Positions 18,897-29,754 of a DNA stretch of 64,000 nucleotides are shown here, one piece after another. The notes beneath the pieces are model-generated. The model did no database searches, was not told where the DNA came from, and was given only the letters and a program-made list of their open reading frames with translations. A program made the position numbers and the translations under genes. The stretch is from Flavobacteriales bacterium (GTDB lineage Bacteria; Bacteroidota; Bacteroidia; Flavobacteriales_F; PHOS-HE28), in the NCBI GenBank assembly GCA_016705955.1, contig JADJKO010000006.1, positions 195,817-259,816 on the forward strand, read 5' to 3'. Numbering within the stretch: the first letter of the stretch is position 1; every line of letters begins with the position of its first letter.

Positions 18897-20698
18897 GACG
18901 TTATGAGCATCGGCAGCGTGTAGCCGCGTTCGCGGTCGCCATGGTCGTGCCGTTCGCGTTCCTCTCGCAGGATGCGCGCATCCGTTCGCTTGATCGTGCT
19001 TCGCGGATGGGCCTCACCGAAACGTTGGTGGATAGCATCGTCCATCTTCCGTACGATGTGATGAGCAGCGACCTGGACAAGTCCATCCTCTTGCAGCATC
19101 GCGTCCTTTCCCACCTGGATGGAACCCCGGCATCCTCCAAGCGCGGCTTGGCCTTGGAAGTCCTTTCGCGCGCACACTACCTCCGGGGCGCTTATGACAG
19201 TGCGACATACTACGGCCTCAAAGCCATCGATCAGTTCCGCGAGGTGGGTGATCGGGTCGGCGAAGGCAATGCACAATGCGGGTTGGCCTATGGCATGAAA
19301 CGCCGGGATCTCGGCACCGCCTTCGACCTCATGCGCCACGGGATCCGCGCACTCGAAGCATCGGGCGCGAAACTCCAGCTTGCCTCGAACTACAACAGCT
19401 TCGGCGTGCTGTTCGAAATGCGCGGGGACCTGGACAGCGCGTACCACTATTATGAGCGCTCGCTCTTGTTGAAGCGCGAAGTGGGAGACAGCCTCGGTGT
19501 ACCCTTCAGCATGAATTGTCTTGGCACCGTGGAGCACATGCGCGGCAACTTCGAATCTTCGGAGGAATGGTTCAACCAAGCCATGCAGGCTCGGCAAGCG
19601 CGTAACGATGCCTTCGGCGTGGCGGAGGAGTACATCTACTTCGGTGAGTTGTACGAAGCATGGGGGAGGACAACGGTTGCGATCTCCGCGTATGAGCAAG
19701 CCCTTGCTGCGACCACGCGGTTGGCTTACCCGTCAGGACGGCAACAGGCGCTGGAACGCCTTTCGGTGTTGCACGAACGGAACGGGTCGGAAGCACTTGC
19801 ACTGCGATTCGCACGTGCCGCCAGCGCATTGAAGGACAGTTTGCTCACCGCCGAACGCGAACGTGCCTTAATGGAGTTGGAACAGAAGTACCGCGTAGCG
19901 GAGAAGGATCGGTCCATCGCCACCTTGAATGAACGGGCGGCGAGGAGACAACTCATCATCTGGATCGGGGTGGTGGTCCTGGTCCTCGTGGTCGTGCTTG
20001 GGGTGTTGGTGCATCAACTACGCCAGCGGAAGCTTCGTGAGGAAAAGGACGCCGGGATCATTCGTGAACGGGAAGCAGGGTTGAAGGCCGTGTTCAAAGC
20101 CACCGAGGAGGAACGCAAACGGTTGTCGTGTGAGTTGCATGATGGTGTGGGACAGCAGTTGGGCGGTATCAAGCATCGGTTGGAGCACGCGCGCAGTAGC
20201 GGTACGGACCTCCTGCTTCCGGAAGTGATCTCGATGTTGGATGGAACGGCCAAGGAGGTCCGCGACCTCGCACATCAGCTCATGCCCAAGGCGCTCAGCC
20301 ATCTAGGACTGGTTCCAGCCCTGCGGGATCTGGTGTCCAGGATGTATGCGGGCACTTCGGTGCGTGGGGAATTCGGATCACATGGCGTGCCCGATGAATT
20401 GCGGCCGGAACTCGCCACCGGGCTCTACCGCATCACCCAAGAACTCCTGAACAACATCATGAAGCACGCGAAAGCCGATCGGGTGGATGTGCAGTTGTTC
20501 CGGAACAAGGATCACCTTGTACTTATGGTCCAGGACGATGGGGTCGGGTTCGAGCGAACGGATCCCGCCCAAGGCATCGGTCTTCCGGGCATGTCGGACA
20601 GGACGCGCGCATTGGGCGGTAATTTTGTGCTGGAGACCAGCACTGGAAAAGGAACCTTGGCCACGGTCCGCGTTCCGCTCGTCATGCCCACCACATGA
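18893..20698 (+). CDS. TPR-repeat sensor histidine kinase (HisKA_3 + HATPase_c, NarL-partner type)
   Basis: It has N-terminal TPR-like repeats and a TM helix ([20 protein letters not shown]). The HisKA_3 motif is [10 protein letters not shown], and HATPase_c follows. The GTG start overlaps the upstream stop. Confidence 0.85.
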   Translation: MRRYEHRQRVAAFAVAMVVPFAFLSQDARIRSLDRASRMGLTETLVDSIVHLPYDVMSSDLDKSILLQHRVLSHLDGTPASSKRGLALEVLSRAHYLRGAYDSATYYGLKAIDQFREVGDRVGEGNAQCGLAYGMKRRDLGTAFDLMRHGIRALEASGAKLQLASNYNSFGVLFEMRGDLDSAYHYYERSLLLKREVGDSLGVPFSMNCLGTVEHMRGNFESSEEWFNQAMQARQARNDAFGVAEEYIYFGELYEAWGRTTVAISAYEQALAATTRLAYPSGRQQALERLSVLHERNGSEALALRFARAASALKDSLLTAERERALMELEQKYRVAEKDRSIATLNERAARRQLIIWIGVVVLVLVVVLGVLVHQLRQRKLREEKDAGIIREREAGLKAVFKATEEERKRLSCELHDGVGQQLGGIKHRLEHARSSGTDLLLPEVISMLDGTAKEVRDLAHQLMPKALSHLGLVPALRDLVSRMYAGTSVRGEFGSHGVPDELRPELATGLYRITQELLNNIMKHAKADRVDVQLFRNKDHLVLMVQDDGVGFERTDPAQGIGLPGMSDRTRALGGNFVLETSTGKGTLATVRVPLVMPTT

Positions 20699-21338
20699 AC
20701 ACGCCGATCAAGTTGATGCTCGTGGATGATCACCGGATCATCACCGATGGTTTGAAGGTCCTGCTTTCCGATGTGCCCGACATGGAGTGCGTACTTACCT
20801 GCGCGAATGGTGAGGAAGCGATCGAAGCCCTGTCACACCTTTCCGCGGACGTGGTATTGCTGGATATCGATATGCCCGTTCTGGACGGCATCGCCACGCT
20901 GCAACGGATCAAACGCGATCACCCCGGAACGCGCGTCATCATGCTGAGCATGCACGATGAACCGGCCTTGGTCGAACGCGTGTTGCAACTCAAGGCGGAT
21001 GGTTACCTGGTGAAGAACTGCGGCCGGGATGAATTGATCCTGGCCATCCGGAATGTGCATGAGGGCAACGACACTTCGCCAGTGCACTGGTGGAAAGCCT
21101 GATGGGTCAACGCGCCGAGGCCGCAGCGCAGACCGAGGTGCTGAAGGACCTCAGCGAACGCGAGGTCGAGGTGCTCAGTGCATTGGCTGAAGGCTTGGGA
21201 AACAAGGAGATCGGAAAAAAGTTGTTCATCAGCCCACGTACGGTGGATACCCATCGCACGAACCTGATGAAGAAGCTCGACACCCACAACGTGGCCGGTC
21301 TCGTTCGGATCGCCATCAAGGCCGGTCTTGTGAGTTGA
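20695..21338 (+). CDS. response regulator, NarL/FixJ (LuxR-HTH) family; apparent -1 frameshift at GGG 21063-21065
   Basis: The REC domain is [13 protein letters not shown]...[11 protein letters not shown]...VIMLS. Its GerE HTH domain ([43 protein letters not shown]) is in the adjacent frame. Adding one G gives [20 protein letters not shown]. Track ORFs 20695-21102 and 21090-21338 were joined. Confidence 0.85.
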
Positions 21339-21426
21339 TCCGAAGGACGCCTAGCTGAAGGCGATCCTCTCGTCGGATCCTTCCACACGTGGGGTACCTT
21401 GCTGCCCCTAATCAGAACCAATTATC

Positions 21427-22056
21427 ATGTTGATCAAGATCGCTTCCATTGCCGCGCTCGGATTGTTCGCCGTGGCTGTCCACGAATTGCCTGACCTCAA
21501 GATCGGCGACGCGCTGCCCGCTGCGGAGGTGAAAATGAAGAACGTGGATGGGAATATGAAAACCCTCAAGGATCTTGTGGGTCCACAAGGGTTGTTGGTC
21601 ATATTCTCGTGCAACACCTGCCCGTTCGTGATCGGCAGCGAAGGCAGTGCAGGCTGGGAAGGTCGCTATCCGGAGGTGATGGCGTTCGCCGCACGATTCG
21701 GTGTGGGTGTGGCCGTACTGAACAGCAACGAGGCGAAGCGTGCCGACGGGGATGGATTCGCCGAGATGCAGACCCGTTACAAGGAGATGGGGTATAGTGG
21801 CGCTTACTTGTTGGATGAAGCTCATCGTGTGGCCGATGCCTTCGGTGCGCGGACCACGCCGCACGTCTTCCTATTCAATAAGAACATGAAACTGGTCTAC
21901 AAAGGAGCCATTGACGACAATGTGGCCGACGCTGGCCAAGTGAAGAAGCACTGGCTGAAGGATGCGGTGTCGCACATGGCCTCCGGCGAACCGGTGGACC
22001 CCGCTACGACGCGGAACATCGGGTGCAGCATCAAGCGTGTTGCACAGGAACACTAG
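21427..22056 (+). CDS. thioredoxin-fold protein (redoxin/AhpC-TSA-like) with signal peptide
   Basis: It has a signal peptide, MLIKIASIAALGLFAVAV, and the CxxC motif CNTCPF within a Trx fold. Confidence 0.7.
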   Translation: MLIKIASIAALGLFAVAVHELPDLKIGDALPAAEVKMKNVDGNMKTLKDLVGPQGLLVIFSCNTCPFVIGSEGSAGWEGRYPEVMAFAARFGVGVAVLNSNEAKRADGDGFAEMQTRYKEMGYSGAYLLDEAHRVADAFGARTTPHVFLFNKNMKLVYKGAIDDNVADAGQVKKHWLKDAVSHMASGEPVDPATTRNIGCSIKRVAQEH

Positions 22057-22075
22057 GGAAAATAGCGCATCCACA

Positions 22076-22105
22076 ACGCCGCGCCCGGCAAGGGACGCGG
22101 CGTTG
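22076..22105 (+). terminator. terminator-like hairpin
   Basis: There is a 9-12-bp stem (aacgccgcg(ccc) / (ggg)acgcggcgtt) followed by a short T-containing tail. Confidence 0.35.
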
Positions 22106-22173
22106 TTCATTCGTTGAAAAAAAGAAAGAGGGCATCGCTGCGCGAGGACCTTCCTTTGCATCAAAGAGGAACC

Positions 22174-23484
22174 ATGAACGTATTGCTGATCGGAAGTGGC
22201 GGGCGCGAACATGCCATGGCGTGGAAGATCGCACAGAGTTCACTGCTCGACGAGCTTTACGTGACCCCCGGAAACCCCGGCACCGTTCGCCATGGGCGGA
22301 ACGTCGACCTGGACCTGAAGGACGAGAAGGCACTGCGAAAATTCCTGTTGGATAAGCGGATCCGCATCGTCGTGGTCGGTCCGGAAGCGCCGCTTGTGGA
22401 TGGCCTGCATGATCGGATCGCTGCGGATCCGAAGTTGAAGGAGGTTACCGTGATCGGACCAACGTCCTCCGGCGCACGCTTGGAGGGCAGCAAGGACTTC
22501 GCGAAGGAGTTCATGTTCCGCCACAACATTCCAACGGCTGCCCATCGGACGTTCGTGAAGGGACAGTTGCAGGAAGCGGTGGATCACTTGGAGCGCATGA
22601 CCGCGCCGTATGTGATCAAGGCTGATGGACTTGCCGCAGGGAAAGGGGTGGTGATCACACCCGACAAGAAGGAAGCGGCCAAGACCTTGCGCGATATGCT
22701 ACAGAACGGCAAGTACGGCGAGGCTGGTGAACGCGTGGTGATGGAGCAGCACTTGCAGGGCGTGGAGGTGAGCGCCTTTCTCATCACCGATGGCGATTCG
22801 TTCAAAATGCTTCCCGCGGCGAAGGACTACAAGCGCATCAGCCGTGGCGACACCGGACCCAACACGGGCGGCATGGGCGCGGTATCGCCGGTCCCGTTCG
22901 CAGAGAAGGACTTCATGCAAAAGGTGCATGATCGCGTGGCGGCTCCGACCATTCGCGGGTTGAAGAAGGAGGGCATTCCATACCGTGGCTTCGTGTTCAT
23001 GGGATTGATGAACGTATCGGGTGAGCCCTACGTGATCGAATACAACGTGCGGCTCGGCGATCCCGAGACCCAAGCCATCCTGCCACGCATGCGCAGCGAC
23101 CTGCTTGATCTCTTCGAAGGGATCGCCACGGGTACATTGAGCGAACGACACGTGGATGTGGATGACCGCACAGCGGTGACCATCGTGCTGGCTTCCGATG
23201 GCTATCCCGGCAAGTACGAGAAGGGGCATCCGATCGCAAGCCTGGATCTGGTGCGCGACGCATACGTGTTCCAAGCGGGCACCGTGCGCAGCGGTGAACA
23301 GTTGCTCACCAACGGAGGACGCGTGATGTCCGTGACCGGCATGGGGAAGGACCTCGAAAGCGCGATCGCATCAGCCTATCGCGCGGCGGCCATCGTGGCC
23401 TATGAAGGGAAGTACATGCGCGATGATATCGGGCACGATCTGGTGAAGAAACCCACCGTTAGGGCAGGAGCGGTTTCCCGCTAG
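22174..23484 (+). CDS. purD: phosphoribosylamine--glycine ligase (PurD)
   Basis: The N-terminus is MNVLLIGSGGREHAMAWKI, followed by an ATP-grasp core. It is 436 aa from the ATG at 22174. The track start at 22114 is an upstream extension. Confidence 0.95.
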   Translation: MNVLLIGSGGREHAMAWKIAQSSLLDELYVTPGNPGTVRHGRNVDLDLKDEKALRKFLLDKRIRIVVVGPEAPLVDGLHDRIAADPKLKEVTVIGPTSSGARLEGSKDFAKEFMFRHNIPTAAHRTFVKGQLQEAVDHLERMTAPYVIKADGLAAGKGVVITPDKKEAAKTLRDMLQNGKYGEAGERVVMEQHLQGVEVSAFLITDGDSFKMLPAAKDYKRISRGDTGPNTGGMGAVSPVPFAEKDFMQKVHDRVAAPTIRGLKKEGIPYRGFVFMGLMNVSGEPYVIEYNVRLGDPETQAILPRMRSDLLDLFEGIATGTLSERHVDVDDRTAVTIVLASDGYPGKYEKGHPIASLDLVRDAYVFQAGTVRSGEQLLTNGGRVMSVTGMGKDLESAIASAYRAAAIVAYEGKYMRDDIGHDLVKKPTVRAGAVSR

Positions 23485-23660
23485 GCGATGGTGCCATCCT
23501 CACGCGCCTTCGCGTTGTACCGCGCTTGGAGCATCATCCAATAGAGGAATCCGACAGATAGTATCCCTGCGATCAGGATGACCGGAAGCCAGCCCATGGA
23601 TGAAAGGAAGGAGAAGGCCCACTTGAAGAAATGACCGATGGCGAAGAAGATGTGTTGCAT
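23481..23660 (-). CDS. hypothetical small membrane protein (59 aa)
   Basis: The ORF is MQHIFFAIGHFFKWAFSFLSSMGWLPVILIAGILSVGFLYWMML..., with two hydrophobic helices. The longer track ORF 23481-23801 has an implausible N-terminus. Confidence 0.35.
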   Translation of the reverse strand: MQHIFFAIGHFFKWAFSFLSSMGWLPVILIAGILSVGFLYWMMLQARYNAKAREDGTIA

Positions 23661-23708
23661 CCTGCGTAAGCTTGAAGCGGGGCGAAGATAGCCCCGCTCC
23701 ACGATCCC

Positions 23709-24677
23709 ATGCTCGCTGGTCTTTTCCGCAGCAACCAACCCGCCGTCCTGCTGGTGCTGCCGGTAGTGGTGGCCGGGCTCTTCCTGCCCTGTTTTTGGCA
23801 CGAACCTGTAGCCCTAGGAATGATGATGCCGTTGGCCGCTGCGGTGGCTTCAATGATCGGGCCTTCCGCGTGGGCCGGTGTATTGCTTGGGTTGCTTCTG
23901 GTCATGAGCATTGCGGTTCAACTAGCACTGCTCATGAATGCACTGGAATTCATGGACAGGCGCAACCATCTCGTGGCATTTCTTTTTCCGATTGCCTTGG
24001 CTGGCTTGGGCGGAGGGCTGGGGTATGACCCCGCACTGCTGGGCATGCCCTTCGTCCTGATGGCGCAGCGCCGGACCTGGTCCGTCGGCAATACGGACCC
24101 CGCACTTGGCGCATCGTTCAATGCGGGGTTGCTGATCGGCCTTGCTGCGATGTGCTACCTGCCCTATGCGTTCCTCCTCTCCGTGCTCTGGGCATCCAGT
24201 TCGGTCATCCGGCCGTTCGCATGGCGAGAGTATGTGCTTCCCGTGGTCGGCATGGCGCTGCCCTTCTACTTCGCGTGGGTCGTGTTGAACTTGACGGACC
24301 GGCTTCCTTGGAAACCCTTGCATACGATCCTGAGTCCCGATGCCGACCCCATGATCCTTTCCGGGAGTAGCGTACAAGTAGCGTTCATGGTTCTCTTGGC
24401 ATTGGTGATCCTGGTCGCCTTGTTCGCCTTCTCCTCCGGGTACGCGCGGAGCATCATCCGGGGCAAGAACCTGCGATCCTCCCTCTTGGCATTCGCGTTG
24501 GCATTGATGGTCATCATGTTCATGCTGCATTTGATCAAAGGCTCCTTCCCGGCAGTTCTCGCGGCGGTGCCATGCGCCATTTTCGGCGGATATGCATTCG
24601 TTGCGCCCAAGAAGGCCTGGTTGGCGGAATTCGCGGCCTTGGGCCTTTGCGCACTCGCACTTTGGGTGAGGTGGTAG
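23709..24677 (+). CDS. hypothetical polytopic membrane protein (about 9 TM)
   Basis: It is strongly hydrophobic along its 322 aa. No family was recognised. Confidence 0.55.
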   Translation: MLAGLFRSNQPAVLLVLPVVVAGLFLPCFWHEPVALGMMMPLAAAVASMIGPSAWAGVLLGLLLVMSIAVQLALLMNALEFMDRRNHLVAFLFPIALAGLGGGLGYDPALLGMPFVLMAQRRTWSVGNTDPALGASFNAGLLIGLAAMCYLPYAFLLSVLWASSSVIRPFAWREYVLPVVGMALPFYFAWVVLNLTDRLPWKPLHTILSPDADPMILSGSSVQVAFMVLLALVILVALFAFSSGYARSIIRGKNLRSSLLAFALALMVIMFMLHLIKGSFPAVLAAVPCAIFGGYAFVAPKKAWLAEFAALGLCALALWVRW

Positions 24678-24695
24678 CGGGCTAACTTCGCAACC

Positions 24696-25385
24696 ATGAA
24701 ATTCGGTGTCGTCACCTTCCCCGGCAGCAACTGCGATGAGGATATGATCCATGTGCTGGAAACCCTCATGGGCCAGCAGGTGGAACGGCTTTGGCACAAG
24801 GAGCACGACTTGAAAGGATCCGATATGGTGATCCTTCCCGGTGGGTTCTCCTACGGCGACTACCTCCGCAGTGGGGCGATCGCACGGTTCTCGCCGATCA
24901 TGCAGGAGGTGATCGCGCATGCGAAGAAGGGTGGACTCGTCTTCGGTGTTTGCAATGGATTCCAAGTGCTGTGCGAAGCAGGGCTCGTGCCCGGTGCGTT
25001 GCTGCACAACGAAGGACAGAAATTCATCTCGAAGAACATCTTCATCCGGCGCGCGACCGGGAACAGTGCACTCACGAACGCGGTCCCGGACAAGGCACTG
25101 CGGATCCCGATCGCACACGGCGAAGGGAGGTACCATGCGGATGCCGCCACGCTGAAAGCATTGAAGGACAACGACCAAGTGATCTTCCGGTACTGCGATG
25201 CGGATGGGAAGATCACCGACATGGCCAACCCGAACGGCAGCAAGGAGAACATCGCAGGGGTGTGCAACAAAGGCCGCAACGTATTCGGCATGATGCCGCA
25301 CCCGGAGCGTGCGTGTGACGAACGGCTCGGGAACACCGACGGCCGCTCGCTCTTCGCTTCCTTGTTGAAGGAGGTACTGGCCTGA
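24696..25385 (+). CDS. purQ: phosphoribosylformylglycinamidine synthase subunit PurQ (glutaminase)
   Basis: The N-terminus is [17 protein letters not shown], the catalytic Cys lies in GVCNGFQVL, and the C-terminus carries HPER. Confidence 0.9.
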   Translation: MKFGVVTFPGSNCDEDMIHVLETLMGQQVERLWHKEHDLKGSDMVILPGGFSYGDYLRSGAIARFSPIMQEVIAHAKKGGLVFGVCNGFQVLCEAGLVPGALLHNEGQKFISKNIFIRRATGNSALTNAVPDKALRIPIAHGEGRYHADAATLKALKDNDQVIFRYCDADGKITDMANPNGSKENIAGVCNKGRNVFGMMPHPERACDERLGNTDGRSLFASLLKEVLA

Positions 25386-27491
25386 TCAAGGCGCGATCGG
25401 GCGGAAGCCCACGCGCACTTGGTGAGTACGCGAGATGTCCGTGGTGATCACCGGGCCTTCTCCATCCACACCGTTCCAGTTCGCGAATTCATAGCCATCG
25501 GCGGCACGCGCTTCCAATTTCATTGGTACGCCACTGAAACAACGGACCTCATGTCGGCCGGGGCCGAGCGGAACACCTTCAAGAAGGAGGACACCTTGAT
25601 CCGCTGGCGGAACGTGGATCGTGATCGTACGGAGCTTCCGATGCGTTCGGGAGGCGAGGTGCGCGAAGAGATTCTCCGGACGTGCTTGAATGAACCGCTC
25701 CACTTCGGCGAGTGATGCCGTCGGCGAAGGAGTTTCCAATGCAAGCTCCCAGCGTTTGTGATCCGCGAGCAGTTCCACTTCATGCGCACGGAAGATGCTG
25801 TCGACCACGTGAACGGCGTGGACTGGATCGAGTGCCGTGGCTTGAAGCGTTGTGATGCGTGCAAGCAAACGCTGCTGGAGGATCGGGTGGGCGAGCAGTT
25901 GTCGCACGTACGGCGTTTCCAACGCCAATGCCGAGGCCATGCGTTCCACCGCGTTCTCTTCCAGTAGCGACCACAGATCCATATCGTACAATAACCAGCG
26001 CCACTGACCACCCGGAACACGGGGGCGATAGCAACGCACGTTCAGGTCATGGTCCGCGCGGCCGGTCCACAGATCAATACAAGCAAGGTCGATCAAACTG
26101 CGGGTATCGATCATCGCATCGATGCTGTCGATCGGAGCGCCGCGCAACAACAACTGCTGGGCGCGCAGGAAGTGTTTGTTCTTGCCGTCAAGTGCGAGCG
26201 CGGACGGACCTTCGAGAACATCCAATGCTTCAGCACCACAACGCTGCGCCAACCATTGCGCATCCTTGCTCGGCATCCAACGGTACAAGCCCCAATAGGC
26301 CGCGTTGAGGTACAAGGGCATCGCCATCGATGGCTGCACATCCACTTCCAGCCCGTGACGGCGCACGAGTTCCTCGATCAGCACATTGCGGAGGAAGGCG
26401 TGCGCTCCGGCATCCGCACGGAGCATTCCTTCCGAAGAGCGCGTTCCATCGGCGAACAGGAAACCCGAGTCAGGGCTTCCGTAGCGATCACGAGCATAGA
26501 TCTTGAAGGATCGTTTCTGTGCGCTTCGCGATCCGCTCCCGCTGATGCGTACCCCGACATGCATGGTCATCGTGTCGGCCAATTGGATGATCGTCGGTCG
26601 CTCCCACGCATCACCCTTGCGCGTGAAGTTGCTTGCTATTCCCGGTGTGTAGATGCCTAGGCTATCGCCCCATAGATCCGCAGGATCCAGCGTGAGCGTG
26701 ATAGGATCGGTCGTCGTTGTTCCAAACAAGTAATTCACGCACAACTCTTCACTTGGCAATTGAGCTTCCCCGAAGGATCGCGCGCGAACGACCGTGCTCT
26801 TGGTGATGTGGATCGGTCCGGAGAATCCGGCGCCGTAGGTCGCGGTAGGAGTGCTGCCATCGAGCGTATATCGAATGGTGCTGTTGGATCCACCGGAGAG
26901 TGTAAGATCGAAAGGGTCGAGGTGCGAGGTCCCGATCACATCCGCTTTCGGCATTGGGCACCGAGAACGGATCGCTTGCATGTCAGCGGTCCTATTCATC
27001 GCTCCCGGAGAGGGGTCCACCATGAAACTCCATCCGGTCGAACCATCCGGCAATCGCCCCATGCTCACATCGGCCGGTAGCGAAGAATAGGTGAAGAGGT
27101 CGTGGATCACATGGCCGTTCGGTTCGATCAACAGCAAGGCACCGCCGGAGCGATCAAGGGTGAAACCGAGATGGTCCGCGCCGCGATCCGGATGCGCATC
27201 GCACCAGAGTAACCGATGGCCACGAGCAGGAACGATCAAGGAGCCTTCGATCATGTGTTGACGGCCATTGATCGCCACGCGCCATCCGTCCAGATCGATC
27301 GCCCGAGTGCTTGTATTGTAGAGTTCGACCCAGTCGGGTGTGCGGCCGTCGTTATCACTGTAGCTGCCGTGATTGCTGGCAAGAACCTCATTGATGACCA
27401 GACCGCTTTGCCCTTGCGCGCGAGGCGTCAACAACAACAGAGCGAACAGAGGTAGGGCGCGCACCGGCCGAAAGTAGAAGGTCGCGAGCAC
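25386..27491 (-). CDS. CotH kinase-family protein with N-terminal lamin-tail domain (LTD) and chitobiase/Fn3-like domain, secreted
   Basis: It has a signal peptide. The LTD motif is [40 protein letters not shown]. The CHB_HEX_C-like segment is [36 protein letters not shown]. The CotH core spans roughly residues 300-560. Confidence 0.75.
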   Translation of the reverse strand: MLATFYFRPVRALPLFALLLLTPRAQGQSGLVINEVLASNHGSYSDNDGRTPDWVELYNTSTRAIDLDGWRVAINGRQHMIEGSLIVPARGHRLLWCDAHPDRGADHLGFTLDRSGGALLLIEPNGHVIHDLFTYSSLPADVSMGRLPDGSTGWSFMVDPSPGAMNRTADMQAIRSRCPMPKADVIGTSHLDPFDLTLSGGSNSTIRYTLDGSTPTATYGAGFSGPIHITKSTVVRARSFGEAQLPSEELCVNYLFGTTTTDPITLTLDPADLWGDSLGIYTPGIASNFTRKGDAWERPTIIQLADTMTMHVGVRISGSGSRSAQKRSFKIYARDRYGSPDSGFLFADGTRSSEGMLRADAGAHAFLRNVLIEELVRRHGLEVDVQPSMAMPLYLNAAYWGLYRWMPSKDAQWLAQRCGAEALDVLEGPSALALDGKNKHFLRAQQLLLRGAPIDSIDAMIDTRSLIDLACIDLWTGRADHDLNVRCYRPRVPGGQWRWLLYDMDLWSLLEENAVERMASALALETPYVRQLLAHPILQQRLLARITTLQATALDPVHAVHVVDSIFRAHEVELLADHKRWELALETPSPTASLAEVERFIQARPENLFAHLASRTHRKLRTITIHVPPADQGVLLLEGVPLGPGRHEVRCFSGVPMKLEARAADGYEFANWNGVDGEGPVITTDISRTHQVRVGFRPIAP

Positions 27492-27497
27492 TCCGGC

Positions 27498-29645
27498 TCA
27501 ACGGACGTCCGCACCAGGAGTGATCATCTCCTTCGGCTGCACGAAGAGCAATTTGCCATTGGCATCCTCGCTCATCAACACCATGCCTTGGCTTTCCACA
27601 CCACGCATCTTGCGTGGTTCCAAGTTGGCCACCAACACCACTTGCTGTCCGATCAATTGTTCAGGCTCGTAATGTTCAGCGATCCCACTCACCACCGTGC
27701 GCGGTGTTGCTTCACCCAGATCAACGGACAACTTCAAGAGCTTGTCGGCTTTCGGAATACGTTCCGCTGCGATGATCGATCCTACGCGGAGATCGAGCTT
27801 CGAGAAATCATCGAAAGAGATGTTGGGTTTGATAGAAGCCGTTGTTCGTGTTGAAGGTTGATGAGCTTGCACTGAGCTTGTCGAAGTGCTGTTCGGCTCG
27901 GCGGGGTTCGGAGTTGCAGGATCCATGGCGTGAAGTCGTTCGACCTCCGCAGCGATGGCCGCATCGTCGATCGGTTTGAAAAGGTGCTCGGCCTTGCCCA
28001 GTTGCATTCCCGGTTTGATGAGATCCGCGCGCAAGGCATCGTCCCATTTCATTGGTCCGAGCCCAAGCATCGTGCGCAAGCGCTCCGCGGTGTGCGGCAG
28101 GAAGGGTTCCAACAGAACACTCAGCGCTGCGCTGATCCGAAGGCCGTTGAACAGGATCGTTCGCACCCGATCCGGATCGGTCTTCTCCAACTTCCACGGC
28201 TCGGTATCGGTGAGGTACTTGTTACCCAAACGTGCGGCTTGCATCGCACTGGCCAACGCTTCCCGGAACCGGAAGCGATCCACTTCCTCGGCCACTTTGT
28301 TCGGTAAGGTGTTCATCTCCGCCCACAGCAATACATCTTTTTCATCACCTCCTGTCGCCTCCGGCACTTTGCCCTCGTAGTACTTGTGGCAGAGCACGAA
28401 GACACGCTGAATGAAGTTCCCAAGGATCGCGACGAGCTCGTTGTTGTTCTTGTCCTGAAAATCCTTCCACGTGAACTCGCTGTCCTTGAATTCGGGGATG
28501 ATGGTAGCAAGCGCGTAGCGCAATTCATCCTGCCGGTTCGGCCAGCGCTCGATGTACTCGTGCAGCCAAACCGCCCAGTTCCTGCTCGTGCTGATCTTCC
28601 GGCCTTCAAGATTCAGGAATTCGTTCGCTGGAACATTCTGCGGCAGCACATAGCCGCCGTGCAACTTCAACAGGATCGGGAAGATGATCGCGTGGAAGAC
28701 GATGTTGTCCTTGCCGATGAAGTGGACGAGTCTTGTCATTCCGGCCTCCGAGCCGGAATCGCCCGTGAGCCACCACTTTTTCCAATCCTCGTTGTGATCG
28801 ATCGCCCATTGCTTGGTCGCACTGATGTACCCGATCGGCGCATCGAGCCACACATAAAGCACTTTCCCTTCAGCACCGGGCAAAGGGACAGGCACGCCCC
28901 AATCAAGGTCGCGCGTCATGGCCCGTGGACGAAGACCGTCCTTCAACCAACTGTTGCACTGGCCGAGTACCTGTGGCTTCCACTCTTTGGGGTCGTGGTG
29001 CTGTGCGCCATCCAGCTTACCGGTGTTGATCCACTCCTCCACCCATTGCTGGCTGCGGTCCATGGGAAGGAACCAATGTGATGTTGGCCGCAGCACCGGC
29101 TTGGCCCCGCTCAAGGTGCTACGCGGGTCGACCAGATCCTTGGGGCTGAGCGCGCTTCCGCACTTCTCGCATTGGTCGCCGTAAGCATCGGGGTTACCAC
29201 AGGTCGGGCAAGTGCCCATGATGTAGCGATCCGCTAGGAACTGCTTCGCCTCCTCATCATAATACTGCTGTTCTTCCTGCTGGGTGAAGGCCCCGTTGGC
29301 GTGAAGCTTCAGGAAGAAATCCTGTGAAGTCTCCTTGTGCAGTTCGCTGCTGGTACGGTGGTAGATGTCGAACCGGATGCCGAAGTCCTGGAAGGCTTTG
29401 CCCATCATGCCGTGGTACTTGTCCACGATGGATTTTGGGGTGCTACCCTCCTTCAGGGCGCGGATGGTGATGGCCGCCCCATGTTCGTCACTTCCACAGA
29501 TGAAAAGCACCTCCTTGCCCCGCGAGCGTAGGCACCGGACGTAAATGTCCGCCGGCAGGTAGGCCCCGGCGATGTGCCCGATGTGCAAAGGGCCGTTGGC
29601 GTAGGGCAGGGCAGCGGTAACGGTATGGCGTGCGGGTTCCTTCAC
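27498..29645 (-). CDS. metG: methionine--tRNA ligase (MetG) with C-terminal EMAP/tRNA-binding domain
   Basis: It has the HIGH motif (PLHIGH), the KMSKS region and Zn-knuckle cysteines (CPTCGNPDAYGDQCEKCG). The C-terminal OB-fold contains LDLRVGSIIAAE. Confidence 0.95.
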   Translation of the reverse strand: MKEPARHTVTAALPYANGPLHIGHIAGAYLPADIYVRCLRSRGKEVLFICGSDEHGAAITIRALKEGSTPKSIVDKYHGMMGKAFQDFGIRFDIYHRTSSELHKETSQDFFLKLHANGAFTQQEEQQYYDEEAKQFLADRYIMGTCPTCGNPDAYGDQCEKCGSALSPKDLVDPRSTLSGAKPVLRPTSHWFLPMDRSQQWVEEWINTGKLDGAQHHDPKEWKPQVLGQCNSWLKDGLRPRAMTRDLDWGVPVPLPGAEGKVLYVWLDAPIGYISATKQWAIDHNEDWKKWWLTGDSGSEAGMTRLVHFIGKDNIVFHAIIFPILLKLHGGYVLPQNVPANEFLNLEGRKISTSRNWAVWLHEYIERWPNRQDELRYALATIIPEFKDSEFTWKDFQDKNNNELVAILGNFIQRVFVLCHKYYEGKVPEATGGDEKDVLLWAEMNTLPNKVAEEVDRFRFREALASAMQAARLGNKYLTDTEPWKLEKTDPDRVRTILFNGLRISAALSVLLEPFLPHTAERLRTMLGLGPMKWDDALRADLIKPGMQLGKAEHLFKPIDDAAIAAEVERLHAMDPATPNPAEPNSTSTSSVQAHQPSTRTTASIKPNISFDDFSKLDLRVGSIIAAERIPKADKLLKLSVDLGEATPRTVVSGIAEHYEPEQLIGQQVVLVANLEPRKMRGVESQGMVLMSEDANGKLLFVQPKEMITPGADVR

Positions 29646-29754
29646 GGGGTCGGGTCTTGCCCTGACCTAGGTCGAAGGGCGTTCGAGGCGCGACGAAAGT
29701 ACCCCGCCGGACCGTTGTGGAACTCCCTGCCGGTGCTCACCTTCGTGCCCCTTT

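Noticed and set aside
23922-25301. 459-aa minus-strand ORF
   Set aside because: It is antisense to the recognisable membrane protein and purQ genes. Its translation is low-complexity (R/H/E/P-rich), an artefact of high GC.
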